DNA of 56,914 nucleotides from the NCBI GenBank assembly GCA_000934665.2, contig KZ538642.1:1-56914 (forward strand), written 5' to 3'. This document shows positions 1 through 14,967 of the stretch, in pieces. Each line of letters begins with the position of its first letter. The first letter of the stretch is position 1. Below the pieces are notes generated by a model. That model was not told where the DNA came from and did no database searches. It was given only the letters and a program-made list of their open reading frames with translations. Source of the DNA: Catajapyx aquilonaris. Its lineage: Eukaryota. Position numbers and translations under genes: made by a program.

Positions 1-3000
1 TTGCTTACGTGAAATAGTTTGCTGCTAATTTTAGCAAATATTTTACTTGATTTTGGTAAATGTGTGACTCGGTTTGAATATGTATTTCAATCTTTCACAT
101 TTTAAAATAATTATTAGAATGAATTATTATTGCTAGGATGTAGCCTATTGATATAAATAATATTTACTTAATTTTACACAATATTGAATAAATAATTTTA
201 CTCAAATCGTGCAATAATTTTTCTGATTTTTACATACCTGAGTAAATAGACCCATATCGATATAGAAGTCAACTGAAAAGAGTATAGATGAGCACTCAAA
301 TTAATATAGAGTGTAAAACTACTTGTCAATTGGATAAGCCTGTGCTGTAGCATCCCTGCTGGCTCCATATAGTTATTTATGATCCCATATAATTTTCGTC
401 ACCGCAAAAGACTCCTTACCAGGACTTTTACAGCACAATAAACATCTACTGCCCCGTGGAGATTCGCAGCTTTTGGCACCTCATCCAAACCCCCAGCCAT
501 TTTACACCACCTTAATATTCCGGCATCGTCATCAGGACCGCAAAACCGATGATTTGGTAAATTGGAAGAAACATCAGCAGACCTATTTTTTTGTCGTTGA
601 TCTGTAAAAGAATCCGAGAGAATCCAGCTAAGAGGAATCCCACGGAAAGCCCGGAAGTTGCATGTGGCACGCGAGGAGGCAGCCATTTCCATCGCGGACA
701 CCCAGGCGTGCCAACCTGGATGACTTCCTTGTCACGATGAGCAATCGAACTATTCGCGATGGTCTCAGTTGCCCACACTCCACCGCCTATTTTTTTTGTC
801 CTCATGGAGGATTACTATGAATATTGTCAAATTAGTCGTGGGTATAATAGGATCGGGGCTTAATCCTGGACATGGGGGTCCAGGTAATGCCATTAGAGTC
901 GGTGCCATTAATGATGACGGATAACGTGTGATGGGCTGGAAGTCCGGACTAGATCATCCGGACAGGCTGAGATGTGACACGAATTTCAAGTGTTTTCTCC
1001 GGCCGTGTGAGGAAGGTGGCCTATACGCCAGGATATGGCGTGAAAGCTTTTGCCTTGGAGTGCCATCGGGTGGCAAATCTGGCAAATTCGCGAAATAACA
1101 CGTGCCAATGGGTGCTTTGATATCAGCATGTATTGGCATCAATTGGCATTCAACATATATTTCTAAAAAATTTGTCGTAAAACACATTATGGTGTGTTAT
1201 TATTTAAACGTGACAGCTGATCTATTTTGTAAGCATGCTTTTGTTCATGTGCTCCACATATTGCATATGTCTGGATATATCCAGGTGACTAATCCACCTG
1301 TGGAGCACATGTGAGCCCATTTGAGGATGAGTCTGCACACACACTGGCAGTGCAATATTGTGTCGGAATATCAACAGGTTATTAACTTCAATCGGGTGAG
1401 TTATATGGAAGGGGGACCAAATGGTATCGAGTACTGGTGGTATGCTATGCAATACCAAAACACGCCCTGTAATCTTACGTCTCACGAATCCTGTGCTGTC
1501 AGATATAATTACCTCATGCGTTTGTCTCTGGAAGGCCCGTCAAAGGAAAAAATGCCCGAAGATAACGCGTGGTCCACATATCCAAGTTTGTCTATTCTGA
1601 AAAGGCAATAACAACCTGGGTGATGAATGGCCAAGTTGTAGAGGGTTTTGTATGCTGGCCCCCAGGTAGTGATTGCTGCTATAGTAGGCTACGTGGATGT
1701 ACGCAATACATTAATTAACCGACTGGGGTCTCCGTTAATGTAACCGGTATGAGTTGCCAATAAGTGTTGTTGCAAAACTTACAGGCCGGATTGTTGTGAC
1801 ACTGGGTGTCGCATCTGGGGTGTAAAAATATCTGACCAGTTTTGTTACATTCTTGATGACAGATTATTTGTGTTGCTTCTGGCTATTCATTTGTAGTGCA
1901 TATATTACACTGTATAATTTGAGGTCACATTGCGGTGGATACATATCAAATGACACTACATTGTCATGGAGTGACTACAGGTATAATTATTAGGTTAGCC
2001 TATTATTATTATTGCAGTGTTGACACATTGATTTCAAGGGGCGGGAAATAAGCGATTGTTACCCTTATGGTAATGTGACACTTTTGCCAGATAACAACAG
2101 CGCTGGGTATCCACTTGTGTAATCTCGCCATTCATAAGGAACATAATATTTATCAAAATATGCGAAGTATCTACTACAATATTGTTAGTCACTTCTAGTA
2201 TGCACATTCGTGAGGAACAATCAGCTCAGGCAACACCAGAACGTCGCAAGTATTACTAACACGTAACTGAAACTATTTCTTCACACACAAAAAATATGTC
2301 GATTTAATGTTATCATCCTAGCGGTGCCTTTAATTAGACAACATCCAGTTTTCTGGTCGACTCTTGTCACCATTGACCTGACGTCCTCACGCCTACGTGT
2401 TCTTGTCAATGATCGCTAACGTCGCATCATTGTCACTTATAATTCATTTTCGAAGCAAGATCAAGGACTGGCCAGCGGGACACGGGGTCCGGGCAATTAG
2501 ACGTGGAACTTAACGAGGTTGTCCAGGCCACAACTAATCTACCGACCGTAGTTGTCAACAGATAAATTTCTCCGACAGTTTGTAACCCCTAGGCAGCAAG
2601 ATCTATCAATGTCAAGGTGGATCGGTCGTGGTCATATTTAACCCAGTTCATTGAGGCGGCAAGTGCCCGCCATTTTGAATCTGACGTCATATGTCCATCA
2701 AAGATGGCGACGCCGGATATGACGTAATGCAATCCCAAAATGGGTCTTAGTTATGACTTTTTGTACACAAATTTGGAGTTGTTGTCGCGTGCTATGTATG
2801 TGTTAATAGCAACACAGGTTCGGACGAGGTCGTTGACACGGGATGTGGGTCGGCGACAAAAGCAAGAGCAAAGAAGAAGAGGCCAAGGCGTGGATAAACA
2901 TAAGCGCGTGTTAAGGTTAGGGGACTTCGTCAGATTTTTCGTAACTTTTACCGTTGCACACCTTGCGACATCGACCCAAAAAATGGCGAATTTACTCAGG

Positions 3001-3664
3001 GCGAATGCACGAAGGAGGTTATATCAACCTCTTTTTTTTGTTATCTACAGGGAAATCACTTCTTTTTCTTCCTTGCACGCATGCATAACAAATTTGAGAT
3101 GTCGAGAGAAAAAGCATGAGATGTGAAGGTATATATAAGTACGTGTGGTATGTCCTGGAAGAATTTCGTCCGAAGACAATACCTCGTGGCAAGAATTCGC
3201 AAACAATGGTGGATCGGTGCCACCTTCCACAGCCATTTCCCTGTAACCCGACATCTCAAAACAGTCTCCATGCAAACGAAGACATTCCAGGGCAACACAA
3301 CCCGTTGCCAATTTTACGACACCACATATTTTCTGCACATATTTGCACATGCAGATATTATTTTGAAAAGGCGAGGAAGTGTCACCCCTTTAAAAACATA
3401 CATGTTTCCTATGAGAGCTATTATCGCACTTCCAAATCCGCTGTTTGTCATAAAGGGAAGTTCAATGACGCAACATGGGGTATCAAGTGTAAGGAAGCCA
3501 GTCGAGCACTGGCTGTGTCCGTGTAAAGATGGAGTCCTGGATGAGGTCACTTGTGACCAAACGACGGTTAACCCGTCGGTTCACTGTCCATCGTTTTTCG
3601 GACACTTTTGTCATATGGCAGGTGTGAACAATGGACAGTGGGTCATCCCCAATTTTAGGTCCAA

Positions 3665-3748
3665 TACTAATGTTATCTTTTCTCCTTTGCAGGTAAGTGT
3701 CTCTTCCATTCCGTGTGAACCAGGTCTGGTCTCATCCTCAAGGTAAGT
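3665..3748 (+). other. Candidate recursive splice site (ratchet point) with 50-nt RS-exon
   Basis: Branch point TACTAAT (3665-3671), pyrimidine tract, CAG|GTAAGT at 3690-3698, second donor AAG|GTAAGT at 3740-3748. Confidence 0.55.
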
Positions 3749-6690
3749 AGACCGTGGACAAAAAGAGCGAAAAGGTGACCGAAAATGGCCCGTCAGATGA
3801 TGGCGTTGTCTGCCATGGAATTTGGCCTTCGCCGAGGGCATCCATCACTGCTCAGACATAAGGCCGACCTTCGAGAGAGTGCGAATTGCTAATTGCCGAT
3901 ATGCTAATAGCGTTGCGAAAATGATGACAGACTTTGGGGCCCACCCTTATGTCTTTGGCAGGTATCACAGGTGTGCACCATCTGAAAATTCATATAATAA
4001 CCCATCAATAAAATTTTAGTCCGAATATTGTTCCATACACGCCTTACATCGAAGAGTGTGAAAATTGCAAACTGTTGCCCCTCATAAGTGATATTCAGGC
4101 CATTGGCATCGCGAAAAAGGTGCTCACTGGACACTTTCAGATCCCAAATCGTGATATCTGTAGCCTGTTTTTAGTGCACCTGAATGGCCCACAGACTCTC
4201 ATAATTTATTTTTATTTTTATTTATTTTTTTGAACCGGAGGGCTGGGTCAGGGACCGTGTATTGAGAGTGACCTTGTGGTGTCACCTCGGTCACAGCTAA
4301 GTCACAACAATGCTGCTGACCCGGAGGCTTCGCGAAAAAATATTCATGCGGCGTGAATATCAAGTTGGCCGGAGATTGCTATCGCTGGGCGGGTGGTCTC
4401 GCCATTTTAATTAAGTGTGTACCCGCTTAGCTTCTAATGGCTCTTCAGGCATTTATTCGATTATTGTAATTATTCACGGATCTTATTAGCGAAGGTCACA
4501 TGGATTCGCGAATTTTTGTAGGGGTCGAAAATTAAAAGTGGTACAAAAAAAAACCCCGCAATCTGGGCATCTGGTTTCTAACTTCATGAGGAAGATTTTG
4601 TGACAACATTATTACAGCACCTTGTACCGGGCGGTTATGGAGGTCGTTAAAATCAGCTTGACTTTTACTGGAATGCCTGGGATCAAAAGAAGTAACGTAA
4701 GTGTTCCATTGCTTCAAATTTATAGTGCTCAGTACTTGTAACTGCAAGTATTATGGCATTAATTAGTCTTAAATATACTCATAACGACACGGGCTCATAA
4801 ATTCCATGACTGACCATGCCCTCGCACAACATGTGGAAGTTAACTTATACTGTACATCCGTGAATGTTAATGAGCATAAATTGAGACAAGACCGCCATGT
4901 TTAGTATTCCAGAAGTATTCCATGTGAAACCAAGTGTACTTGGTGGAACTAATGAAATGAATATTATCCATGTTGTGGTATACGGTACATAGCGTGAACA
5001 TGTAGGATGTGAGTTCCAGAATTTATAACAGCTGCTATTTAGTATGTACAGTTGTTGTACTACAGAAAATTGTCACTAGCACCGCTACTTTTATGCCCCA
5101 TGAGTCGTTATGATACACCTTGTCGGCAGGTGGCAGGAAATGTTAGTTTAAAATCTTTAACGACTATAATAGTAGTGCTTGCTTAAGAATAAACACTGGT
5201 TGTACCTCTATCGTTCAATTGTTGAGCACCATACGAGCATGAAATCCAAGGGCAAGACAATGTCACACGCAAACCTCCCGGATATTGTAGGATAATTTTA
5301 CTTCTTTATTATTGTAAGTACTATTGTGGACAAGTCGAGGTCAGTAAATTGCATGAGATATGTTAGCATATACCTTCTGGATAAGGATGGACGCCCTTTT
5401 TTTTCTTGTAGGCTACTAAACGGTCTTGGTCTTCCGCATTGGTTAGAGGACACATATCGGCGGTGTTTTCTTGGGGATATATTATGCCGTATTTCTTACC
5501 GTCTCGTGTCGGTCGTCGTAAACTCAGTTGGGGAACTCCATAAATGAAATGGCTTTTCTAGATGGGGGTTTGCACTGCAACAATGTTTTTATGGCCTCAC
5601 GAAAAGCGGCCTGCATATATTCAGAGACTCCAGGAATTTTAAAACCTTTTTCCAGTATTTTTATAACGTGCTTATGGTACAGGGTGGGCTAGAAGTAATG
5701 GCAAAAGTTCAATACACAATTATTGTTGTGTCACCACAATGTAGATTGCATGCTTTTGTTGCTGACTATACCCATTCACAAAGGAAATTATTTTTTTACG
5801 CTTTGAGGTAATATGTCATAATTCAGTTCCATCTGCCTGGCAGCGTAACACTATTTCGGTTAGGGGCATTTTTTTTGTGACAAAGGTATGCTGCCCATCA
5901 CGTACACCTTTGTGACCTTCGAAGCAGGTGGCGCTATAGGCATACCTGGCATTAGTACGCGTGACCCAGGCGTCCTTGGAACCACAGACCCATCTCCTGG
6001 AAAAAGAGAAATAATCCCGAAGAGGTGAAAAAGGAGGGTTTAAATGTCCAAAAACCTTAGTCCCAGCAGGCGAGGGTGAGGAGGTCAACCCCTAGGGTTC
6101 AGGAGGTATTATAGGCACCAAAAAAAATATTAAGGAGGCTCTGGAATGCTTGTTGGATGTGACAGGGCGTCTCTAACGAAGAGATGACACATCAAGATTA
6201 CTACTCTCCTGTCACACTGTACTTCGATGAGGATGGCCCATGCATACAATAGGGGACCATGCCTGAAGATAACAGATTTGCAAATTTATTCCAACATCAT
6301 GGGGTACACAGCATGGCGCGTGCCGGGCTACGGGGTTCACATCCACGTGTCTACGGACCCGGATGACGCAATCGGGCAGGCATTGGCCAAACCCCAGATA
6401 ATTATAATTAGGTTTATGCACATTCCTACACAATTTTTTTGAAAGGCACATTGTTGTATGGCAGAGAGTCACCTTGGGCTGTCAATATGGCTGGGAAGTG
6501 TATACGGAGCCTTGGACACTGCTAGATTATGGCCTACATCATTCGGTGGAAGGACTGGCGGTCAAACAAGTTTTACTATGCAAACACCTGAGTGCGTTTG
6601 TTGAATGTACAAATCCAGTAAGTCTTATCACGCTCACGTTTGGGTCGGATTGTTGAGACAGATTGTTGGAGGACGGATTTGTCTGGATAA

Positions 6691-6806
6691 ACATTGCGCG
6701 AGTGCACGTTAAAGATCCTCCGAGTGGCCAAATTTCCAGGAGGAACACCACCCCCTGGCGATGGCGTCGCGCCTTAGCAGCAGAAATAGGCCGACGTTAA
6801 GCCCCC
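6691..6806 (+). mobile_element. SINE fragment, same family as 20990-21152
   Basis: ACATTGCGCGAGTGCACGTTAAAGATCC...AAATTTCCAGGAG...GCAGAAATAGGCCGACGTTAAGCCCCC is nearly identical to the reverse complement of ~20996-21090, apart from one internal indel. Confidence 0.75.
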
Positions 6807-8003
6807 CCCCCCCCCACTAAGGTTACTTAGAAATTAATTTGCGTTGATGCAACTATAGCAAGAACTTTGTTAATAATCAGCCCTAATTGCATGACATTTT
6901 CTATCAGAAATATCTTGTGGTATGTGCAGCCACATAGGGACAAGTTCACCGAACGTGTCTTAATCTGAAATGTCTTCGGGAGCCACTGTGTCCTGGACAT
7001 AAAAGCGTCAGACATGCCTCGTCCACACACTGCGAACCATTCGGAAACAAGATTTAAGTGAGACATAAAAATCGGAGCTGTTTTTTTCCTCTCTGTTGTA
7101 TTCTTGGGCGACTACCACCTGGTTTTAGCTGGTGACCACACCCAAGAGATGTGCGGACACTGGGGACCGGTGACCTCGACCTGAGGGATGCCATTCTCCC
7201 TAAAAATGACATCCCCTCCAGGTTGTACTTTCGGATTGGGAACATGATTTGGCTCTCCATGTGGGCCTTGGCACTCCATCTGTTGTTAGGCGCCATCTTG
7301 ATTGTTTGTTAAGTGTGCGACAGCAGGTGTCCACTTGACTTTTTCGTGTCTTTGGAGGTGTTCAAAATAGGTATAGTCTTGAGCAAAAATTAATGATTGC
7401 CCCATATTATAACCACACCACTAACCCGTTTCTTGACTAATAAACACACCTAACTGCCTAAGATGCAAGTGACTAACCCCATTAGCAACCTTTGATTGAA
7501 AAATCCTCTTCATTAAAAAAAAATGTAACAAGGACCATTCGGCGGTGCCCTGTCTCTACAATTACATCTGGAATGTGCAACGCCCAAATCTGCACTTAGA
7601 GGAGCCAAAAATTGTGTATTGTTGACGGATGCAGGATAGGTGGGTGTGATGACACCCCCTCAAGCAGTCAGATTATCGCACCTTTGAGATAGGGGCAAAG
7701 GGGTGTAATTACGGGGAATCTGTACCCTTCAAGACCCGCTTCGACATGATCCAAGCGGACAGAATAATTTCCAATTTCACTCCGCCGAAAAGTGTGATCC
7801 ATCTCTAGGCAGCCTTGCAAAAACAGGGGGTCTGAGCTGCCTTGGTTTCAAATTATACCCCTTCCAGAGAGAGCCATCTGGGGAAACTGGTCAGCAGGTT
7901 TGCTCCCAGCAAGGAACCAATTAAAGGACTTCTGAAGGCCCTTTTCCGCGGATATGTGACCAATTAGAACCATCAAAAATTAGGCGAAGATATGGTCGAA
8001 CTA

Positions 8004-8157
8004 AATTTACCTTATAATTTTTTACCTTATATAATTTTTACCTTGTATATTTTTACCTTCTATAATTATTTACCTTCTGGAAATTTTTTACCTTATATAA
8101 TTTTTACCTTGTATATTTTTACCTTCTATAATTTTTTACCTTCTGGAAATTTTTACA
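8004..8157. repeat. ~16-17-bp tandem repeat with a higher-order (~67 bp) duplication
   Basis: TTTTACCTT core repeated; the variant series ATATAA / GTATA / CTATAA / CTGGAAA occurs twice in the same order. Confidence 0.85.
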
Positions 8158-11100
8158 AAAAAAAATAGTCTTCGATGCTTGTAATGAACTTTTAATTAAG
8201 TACCACTTTAGGTAAGCTGCAGGTGTCTTTGCCTAATTCTTCCAACAATTAATAATGTCTACTACCTTCCAGAGTTTCTCTTTCTCCTCCAGGTGTACCG
8301 TAGTTAATCTGAATGGTCGATCTGGCCATGTGATAACATGCCTTCGGAATTCGAGGCACCTTCCAACTGCGCACACGCACATTCCTGTTTACCTTACGGA
8401 CAAAACGCAGATCGACTGGAAAAACACGCGATTAGGTAACGCTGTTCTTGGCAGATGGTACAATTGGAGAAAAATGTGTAAATAGATGGTTTGAAGGTGG
8501 ATGAGACCTTGGACGCACCCTGTTACGCATACCTTGACAATATAGCATGACTAGCTCGATTTTTAAAAAATTTTATAAATAAAAACTGGTGTGGGTAAAA
8601 CTGGTCCATGGCAGCACGTGCGGACCACCACGAAAAAAGATGACCAAAAATGCACCATGCCGTGCAGCTTTGCTTGTATGTGGCATGTGACCCCGGGGAC
8701 AACCCAAAGTGAAGGATGGTTGAAGATTATTATAATTTTTTTAATACATGTGTGTAAGAGGGTGGAGCACAAAACACATTTGCGCCTACTACGCCACCAA
8801 GTGAGGCTTTTTATAGACGTTGAAGTAATGAGGTGTGGGGGAAGTTTAATTTTCTGGGCGTAAGATGGACGATTAGTGATTAAACACCGATTGTTGAGAG
8901 GGGGGGGGGGATGATGAAAAACATAGGGGGAAAATAAATCGTGAGGTGCAATTTGGAGTTGGCCATGAATAGATATCGAATCTAATCGAAAAGCACGCGA
9001 AACGCCCGCGTAGAAATGTTGGAGTTTTTTTTGAAAGTGGAAACGTCCGTGAAGGGTGCTGACGTAGTGTTTTAAAATTGGAAGTTTTTAGGGGTAATTT
9101 CTGCCAGTATTGAAGTGAAAGGATAATATCCTGTAGGCAAATTTATGACGCAAATTTTGTCCATATTTGGTCAAAATTCAAGTTTCTGCTTTTTTATTTT
9201 AAAAATTAATGAAGTCAAGATATAATCACATTTTGTTGACATGAACATAAGCTGACAATATTTGTATGCATATTCCCTCTGAAAGGGTTATTCCAAAATT
9301 AAATGTATTTTTTGCTTATTCTAATTTGAACAATGATTAGAATTCCTGAAGCTGTTGATATCACATAGCCACTATGAATATTGTCAATAACAAATCCTAA
9401 TCAATATTCATTGCACAAATCAGATTAGTTTTGAATTATAAAATTGTACCAATTTAATGATTAACTACTGAACCGGTATATGAGCAAATCAGTAGTTCAG
9501 TATAAATCATATAATCTGATTGCTGATAGGCTACCAATAAGAGCCATTTAAATATTTCCTCCATCACTAGTTGGCACCCGTTATATGGCCTTATAAGTAC
9601 AGGGTGTTGTTTATATAGTCAGACATACAGATTCGAACCAATGTTTCTTCGACATAGCATAGATCCTAATCTGCAGGGTTATTCATCCTTGAAGTAAAAA
9701 AAAGGTATCCCACCGGCATGTAAATGTGATGAATTGGCAAACGAAGGACCTCCTACCGCGCTTCGGGTATGCGAAGGGTCCTTTCCATTTCATCAAGGAC
9801 CAAAACAACACCAGTACTAAACCTTGGATCAGCACCAAACCTATCGACACTATCGATGGGGTCAAAAAACTTGTTATCTAGAGAAATTGACCTTATTGTT
9901 CGAAGTTCGAAGTTTTCTCATTAGTAACATGTAATTAACACATGCGAATTCTCACCTGAGCGTTTGACCCACGTGTTGGTGACCTTATATGGGAGCACCC
10001 CCCTCGTTTCAACCGGGTGATTAATAATAACCATTTTTTGACGCCTTCGCAATTCGGGCAGCGATAGTCATGCTTTGAGAGGTTTCATTTTTGTGGCAAA
10101 AATCATCTCCGCCGAAGGTTTGGGTGCGACGACCTCGTCATGCGGAAGAACAAAAATGTTGGCGAAAATTCCGCGCCTGCAGGAGAAAGGAGGTCTTATC
10201 TCCTGATATTTTCTTGGGTTTTTTGGGGGGGGTTGTTGTTTCAAGGGTATTGGGCTGGTGCAATGTGCTGCTCTTCGTGTTATCTAATAGATGCAATTGG
10301 GTCATTTGTAGGCAGTTTCAGAAGTGATGTGGACATATGAACCGGACAGAAAAATCGTAAATGCATTTAGGGCAATTGCGACAGGAGTGAAACTCTGCTC
10401 GACGCTAATTAAGAGGTGAAGAGAAAATACATTTCTTCATCCCTAAACACGTGCAATGGTTACTAAACATATGCCTTTATTTCAATACTCGTATCGTTGT
10501 CGTAATGTGGCTGTAACTTATTGTTTGTTTTTAGATACTCACTTATGAAATTATACGGTAGTTAAGCAGTTTTGAAACATGATATTATCAACTTATCGCT
10601 AAGCTGCAGTGATATCACTGCAGTCTAACGAATTCATTTCTCCGAAAGCAGCTGTGCGAGTAATCCTGAGCTATAGTCTCTGAATCATGAACGTGACTGT
10701 GACTTCACCCCCGCGATTTTTTTTTTCTTTAACCGGAAACATGTAAAGACGGAAGTTACGCTGCTCTGTAAGGATGTCAGCATCCTTCTCCCTCTAACAG
10801 CGAAACTGCAACAAGCGAATACGCGTTTTGGCACGTCCCAGGCACCAGAGAAGTGCACGCAAACGAAATAGCTGGTTTAAAAGCACATAACTGTCCAAGA
10901 GAAAAAGGGTGTCCTGTTTTTTGTCCAAAAACTAGTGAAAAAATACAACCATGTGTCAGTAACAATCACGAATTAAGGAAATTTTATTGCGCAACTGCGC
11001 ATCTTGAATGACCAACTACTTCCGGACGCCACCGCGTGAGGACGCCGCTGCGTCATAACCGTTTTTTTTTTTTTACCTGCCGCCCACGTGCCTATTGTCA

Positions 11101-14100
11101 TACCTCCAAAGTTCCCAGTAATTGTTGCCGGCGAAGCACCAATCGTGTGATAATAAAGAAGGGTGGAGTGGGTGATTGAAAGGAGCGGTGGTGAGGGTTT
11201 GGGCGGAATAAGGAGGAACCACCCTGGTTGCCCGATTGGTCCTCCGAAGATGCCTAGAAAGGTGGGGTAGGCCAAGGTCGAGCTACGCCCCTGAGGGTTA
11301 GGTCATCCAGATTCGTCCTGGGTTAATCCGGGTTGTGTCCGCATATAATGGCCACCAAATTATTTGTCTTTTCAATTTAAAAAAGTGCATTAAATTGGGT
11401 AGTTTTTTTAGTAGTCTGGTGAGAATAAATAGGAATGCTTTTTATGGTCGGTACCCCGGACCAGGAGTGATGCAATTTGCAAGAGAGATAGATAGAAGAA
11501 TGTAGCCGGCGCTTTTGCCACTCCATTGCAATGCTGTAAAGTCAAGATGTTAACCTTTTACCTGCTTTGCTCGGATATTGCGGCGCTCTTATCCTCTTTG
11601 ACACAAAGGAGGGCCTTTTCTCAGTCAGGATAAAAAGGTTTAGGCGGCTTTTGATACGATGGAACAGACCTTGAGGACCGGTTGACCACCGTGAACTTCT
11701 GGAAATGTGTACATCGGAATGCTCTTAATTATGCTGATTTTTACGACCAAGCAATTGACGTTTCTTGTCACAGGAGTTGTGGGCGGAATGTACCAATGTG
11801 AGCTATACGTATCCTGGATTCCAGTACGTGTCACGATTTCAGAATATTTTTCAGGTAAGAAATCCGTAAGTAGCTGCCAAATGCAATAAATTAAATTATA
11901 TATGCAAATTGTTAGTTTTTTTTGCGAGCGATTTTGATCCCAGCTGTTCGTACATATGGCGGAAGCAGCCGCTTTTTCAAATTCCTTGATAACAAAATGC
12001 TTGAGGAGCAACTACTGTGCAGGTCTGGGGGTTAGGGAGGTAGGCAGGTAGCAACCCTCAGGTATTTTATGAAATGATTACATGTCTGACGGGGGCTCAG
12101 GAATTAATGGCTTAGCCTCCCGAACTGCGCCGACAATCATGCCTATTAGAAATTTAAATTAGACCCGCTCCGACCAATCAGCGCTCGATGTTTAGGGATG
12201 ATCCAGATGGGACACTATTAGGAAACATTTTTTTTAGAGAGAGAGAGAGGGGGGGGGGAAGAGCATGCCCTTCCCCTTCTCCATTGACCACAGATGAAGC
12301 CATTAGAAAGGATTCTGAAGGTAAGATGCGGTTACCCCACCCCATTCAGGTATCGATGAGGTCGAATAGGATGAATTTTCTTTGAGGTCACGAAGAAGGG
12401 GGCGGCTAGCCTTCTGAAGGCTGTGCATGAAAGGAAAAGAGGACATAGACCTTGGCCTGTTGACACGATGAGTGATTTTTATATTTAATATCCAGAAGGA
12501 AGAGGCGAAATAAAAAATTGTGGACTGTCAGTAAGTCTGGAATGCACGGGTAGAAAATATGGGCATGCACCTAGCGTTACTAATAGGTCGTTGCTTAGGA
12601 ATTGACATGTAGTTAGTTAGGGCTTGTTAGCACATTTTTTTGATGGGCTTACTATAAAATGAAATTTAAAATAATTAAAAATTAGTTTAGAGCGGGCATA
12701 TTGGCGGGGGGGTTTCAAACTTTGTAAATATTAGAAGCCATCTTGAGAGAGAAAGTTTAATCGAAGGGGGGGTGGGATAGTAGGAGGGGGGGAGTATTGT
12801 AGACCGGAAATTCCTGCCCCCTTCTGACGGGGCCTTTGGCACCTTCACCGGTTTGTAAGGGACCAGGACTGGTTTTCGGCAAACTGGCGGTTTGCGCTGC
12901 AATGTAATCATGGGGCTCTCTTCGCAACAGAAAATTTTCGACGTATTTCCGTTCAACGACACTCGTTTGTTTAGAGGGAAAAACATGATACTTTAGGTTC
13001 GAATGGGGCGGAATATGTGAAAAACGCACTTCCGTCAATCTGCCCTTGAAGTTGGACTATAGGAGAAAACCCATTTTCTGAAAGTTATGTAAAATAATGC
13101 ATACATAATATGCTACCCTACCTGAAGTTAATATTTATGCTGAAACCGGCATAGTTTAAGGACGATGTTGTAATTAAGGTCGATTGATGATACCAAGGTT
13201 CGTATAAATTTCGGCCAGTGTTTTACGGCTAGAACACGACGTAAAAAAGCATATTTTGACATCAACAGGTGCTTTCACAGTTCCTCCGACAAAATTAATT
13301 ACCGAGGACAAGCACGACAGTAGCACCGCGGTACAAAAACACAGCAAGAACAGCTTGTTTGATGGCTATCAATGTCCACTATTTTCGCCCAATTAAGAAA
13401 ATATTTGATCCAAGGGTACTATCAGCTGGATGACGATTTATATGAAAGGAAGAAGGACTCTGATTAGCCAGATGTAATAATTATGAAAGGAGAGGCCCCG
13501 ACGTAGGAGACATTCCTCACAAAGATATGTCAACACTGGTCCAGAAAAGCAACAATTTCCGAATGGTAATTACTGCAACTTGTTTTACATACCTCACCTT
13601 TTTTTGTGTACAAATCGTAGTTACGCCCTCCAGTGATATATACAGGGTTTTGTTAGGGCCAATCGTATGAAAGAAAATTAATCAAAAATCGCCGATTATG
13701 CAATATATCATCGTAAATTTCTTCCTATAATTTGTGTTGATACAACCGTAAGTTATTCGGCAGCAGGAAATTTTTAGCCACCTTTTTTAAGCAATTAAAA
13801 AGAACAAGCCACGTTTATCACATGCACTATGCGGAAAATCGTCGTATTTTATCCTCCAGGCAAATTATTATTTTTCTCGCACCTCTATATGGGCGGCATA
13901 TTGTATGTGCACATACACACACACACCACCGGTTTGGTATGGGAGGGCATGCGGAAACTCTCAGAAAATGATGACTGCTCAACCGCATGCCTCGTGGGGG
14001 CCTTAATTGGTCGTAACTCCTTAAGAATCCCCATTTTGGACTTCCCAAGTGCCATCTTGCTAAACTATAAATCACAGTCTTAAGCACACTCTGTGTTACA

Positions 14101-14570
14101 ATTGACATTTTTGCAAAGTGCGAGTCAATCACCTTTTCAAGGACGGGTATGATCAACACCCTTTAAGTTTTTTTTTTTTTTTTGACGGCTGATTATAATT
14201 ATGCCTGCGACGGGTCAAAGTTGAACCGAGTGTAAGTCACGATCGAGGCGGATTGTAGCTCACGAAGACAACCTATGAGGTGAGATATCCAAGGACGGAA
14301 ATGAGGAGGATGTCCTGCTTGGGACCCTGCGACTTAATGAAGTGCCAATGGACCCACGTGTGATAGGAACCCGAAAAGAATTTATTCGTGTTTTGGCCAA
14401 CCTTGGTCAGCGATGACCTAAAGATTTTTGCGCGAAAAACCGGGCTGGCGTGACCACCTTATCAAATATTAAAATATGTCGAGAGACACGTTGTTAATTA
14501 TTACATTTTTTGCAATGTGTTAATCAGAATGATTATTCCCCATAATAAATATCATTAGGTAGGCTGTCTC

Positions 14571-14967
14571 TAAATAATAAATAGCTATAAATAATACATA
14601 AAAATAAATAATATATAAATACCTAAATAAATAATATATAAATACCTAAATAAATAATATATAAATACCTATATAAATAATATAAATAATATATTAAAAT
14701 AAATAATATAAATAATATATAAAAATAAATAATATAAATAATATATAAAAATAAATAATATAAATAATATATAAAAATAAATAATATAAATAATATATAA
14801 AATAAATAATATAAATAATATATAAAAATAAATAATATGTAAATAACTAATGTGCGTATATAAATAAATAAATAAAATAAAATAAAAAATAAATAAAATA
14901 ATATAATATAAATATAAATAAATAAATAAATAAATAACTAAATAAATAATAAAATAAATTAATAATT
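14571..14967. repeat. AT-only low-complexity satellite
   Basis: Repeats of ATAAATAATATATAAAAATAAATAAT-like units, almost no G/C. Confidence 0.9.

Noticed and set aside
2740..3746. ORFs of 128-207 aa
   Set aside because: No recognisable domain, codon usage unlike the real exons, no consistent splice phase; chance intronic ORFs.
8205..11860. Additional AG|GTAAG sites at ~8210 and ~11854 as ratchet points
   Set aside because: Short pyrimidine tracts, upstream AGs and imperfect donors; much weaker than the site at 3692.
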